DNA of 64,000 nucleotides from Synechococcus sp. (GTDB lineage Bacteria; Cyanobacteriota; Cyanobacteriia; PCC-6307; Cyanobiaceae): NCBI GenBank assembly GCA_047285535.1, contig JBJBDC010000001.1, positions 512,136 to 576,135 of the forward strand, read 5' to 3'. Shown piece by piece: positions 63,069 to 64,000 of this stretch (position 1 is its first letter; each line of letters starts with the position of its first letter). The notes under the pieces were generated by a model. It saw only the letters and a program-made list of their open reading frames with translations, ran no database searches and was not told where the DNA came from. The position numbers and the translations under genes were made by a program.

Positions 63069-64000
63069 AGTGCTTCTTCTAGCTCCAGTCTTTGCATCAC
63101 CGGTTGAGGCTGGGGAAGGCGATGCTCGGATTCAAGTAGTCCCCAGGGAAGCTGTTTTGTCCAGTCAACTGATGTTGTTGATTGATTGAGCTGGCTGAGA
63201 ATGCGATCACTCAACTCGGGAACGAGAGGTTTAAGCAATAACCCCACAAGTCGACAACACTCAAGAACTCCGTAAAGATCAATGGCGACTTGAACTTCTT
63301 GGCCCCCTCGCTTCATCTTGCTCCAAGGCGCTTGTTCATTCAGGTAGCCGTTAGCTTCGATTGCTAGCTGAAGAATAGCCTCAGCAGCATTCTGAAATGC
63401 CATTAATGGCATGGATTCTCGTACAGTTTTAACTGTGGATTCAGCACGCTCGCGTAGAGCATGTTCACACCTGCCCTGTTGATCAACATTGGGAGTTGAT
63501 TCATTGAACCACTTGCGAGACATCGATGAAGTGCGATTCAGTAAATTTCCAATTGTATTGGCCAGATCGTTGTTAACAAGATTGACAAATCGTTGTTGCT
63601 GGAAATCTCCATCTTCACCAAACTGAATATCTCGTAGTAAATACCAGCGGACAGCATCCGTACCGCATCGGTTCAGCAAAACGTCTGGATCAAGAACATT
63701 GCCTAAGGATTTTCCCATTTTTTGGCCTTCTCTTGTTAGAAATCCATGGCCAAAGACCTTTTTAGGCATAGGTAGACCGGCTGACATCAACATCGCTGGC
63801 CAATACACGGCATGGAAGCGCAGAATATCCTTGCCGATGACATGTACATCTGCTGGCCAGCCAACGTCCAGAAGACGATCTAGATCGATACTTCCGTTAT
63901 CATCTAAAAGAGCACTTAGATAACCAAGCAGCGCATCAAACCACACGTAGAAAGTATGGCCTTGATATCCGGGGACAGGTAGACCCCAGTCAACATTGAC
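63065..64000 (-). CDS. metG: Methionine--tRNA ligase (C-terminal part; gene extends beyond the window)
   Basis: YVWFDAL, GKDILRFHAVYWPA, KMGKSLGN, NDLANTIGNL. Confidence 0.95.
   Translation of the reverse strand, partial: VNVDWGLPVPGYQGHTFYVWFDALLGYLSALLDDNGSIDLDRLLDVGWPADVHVIGKDILRFHAVYWPAMLMSAGLPMPKKVFGHGFLTREGQKMGKSLGNVLDPDVLLNRCGTDAVRWYLLRDIQFGEDGDFQQQRFVNLVNNDLANTIGNLLNRTSSMSRKWFNESTPNVDQQGRCEHALRERAESTVKTVRESMPLMAFQNAAEAILQLAIEANGYLNEQAPWSKMKRGGQEVQVAIDLYGVLECCRLVGLLLKPLVPELSDRILSQLNQSTTSVDWTKQLPWGLLESEHRLPQPQPVMQRLELEEAL

Overview
A 64-kb window from a picocyanobacterium, most likely a marine Synechococcus, judged from gene content and protein style (psb30, psb32, chlP, acsF, pcxA, sir). 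From about 16.3 kb to the end it is mostly core genome: sir, glyS, chlP, typA, lptA/B/FG, ccsA, fmt, tldD/pmbA, acsF, ubiX, an RNB protein, recJ, rpmF, ftsH, peroxiredoxin, tRNA-Met, trmL, cobU, pcxA, lptC and metG. An AT-rich variable patch at about 29.2-34.7 kb carries a heavily eroded DEAD-box helicase pseudogene. The first ~15.5 kb is an accessory island. It contains an NHLP/NHLM-type peptide export operon, a decayed MscS + cyclic-nucleotide-binding channel gene that the ORF track misses, a CHASE2 class III nucleotide cyclase, an exported DUF928 protein, a two-partner-secreted haemagglutinin-like protein ending in a CHAT (caspase-family) protease with its His/Cys dyad, the cognate TpsB pore, and a CRP. 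A near-consensus CRP box (AAATGTGA-TTCAGA-TCACA) lies directly upstream of the DUF928 gene. Together these suggest a self-contained circuit: extracellular protease -> CHASE2 cyclase -> cAMP -> CRP and channel. All calls come from motif recognition by eye; no database searches were run.
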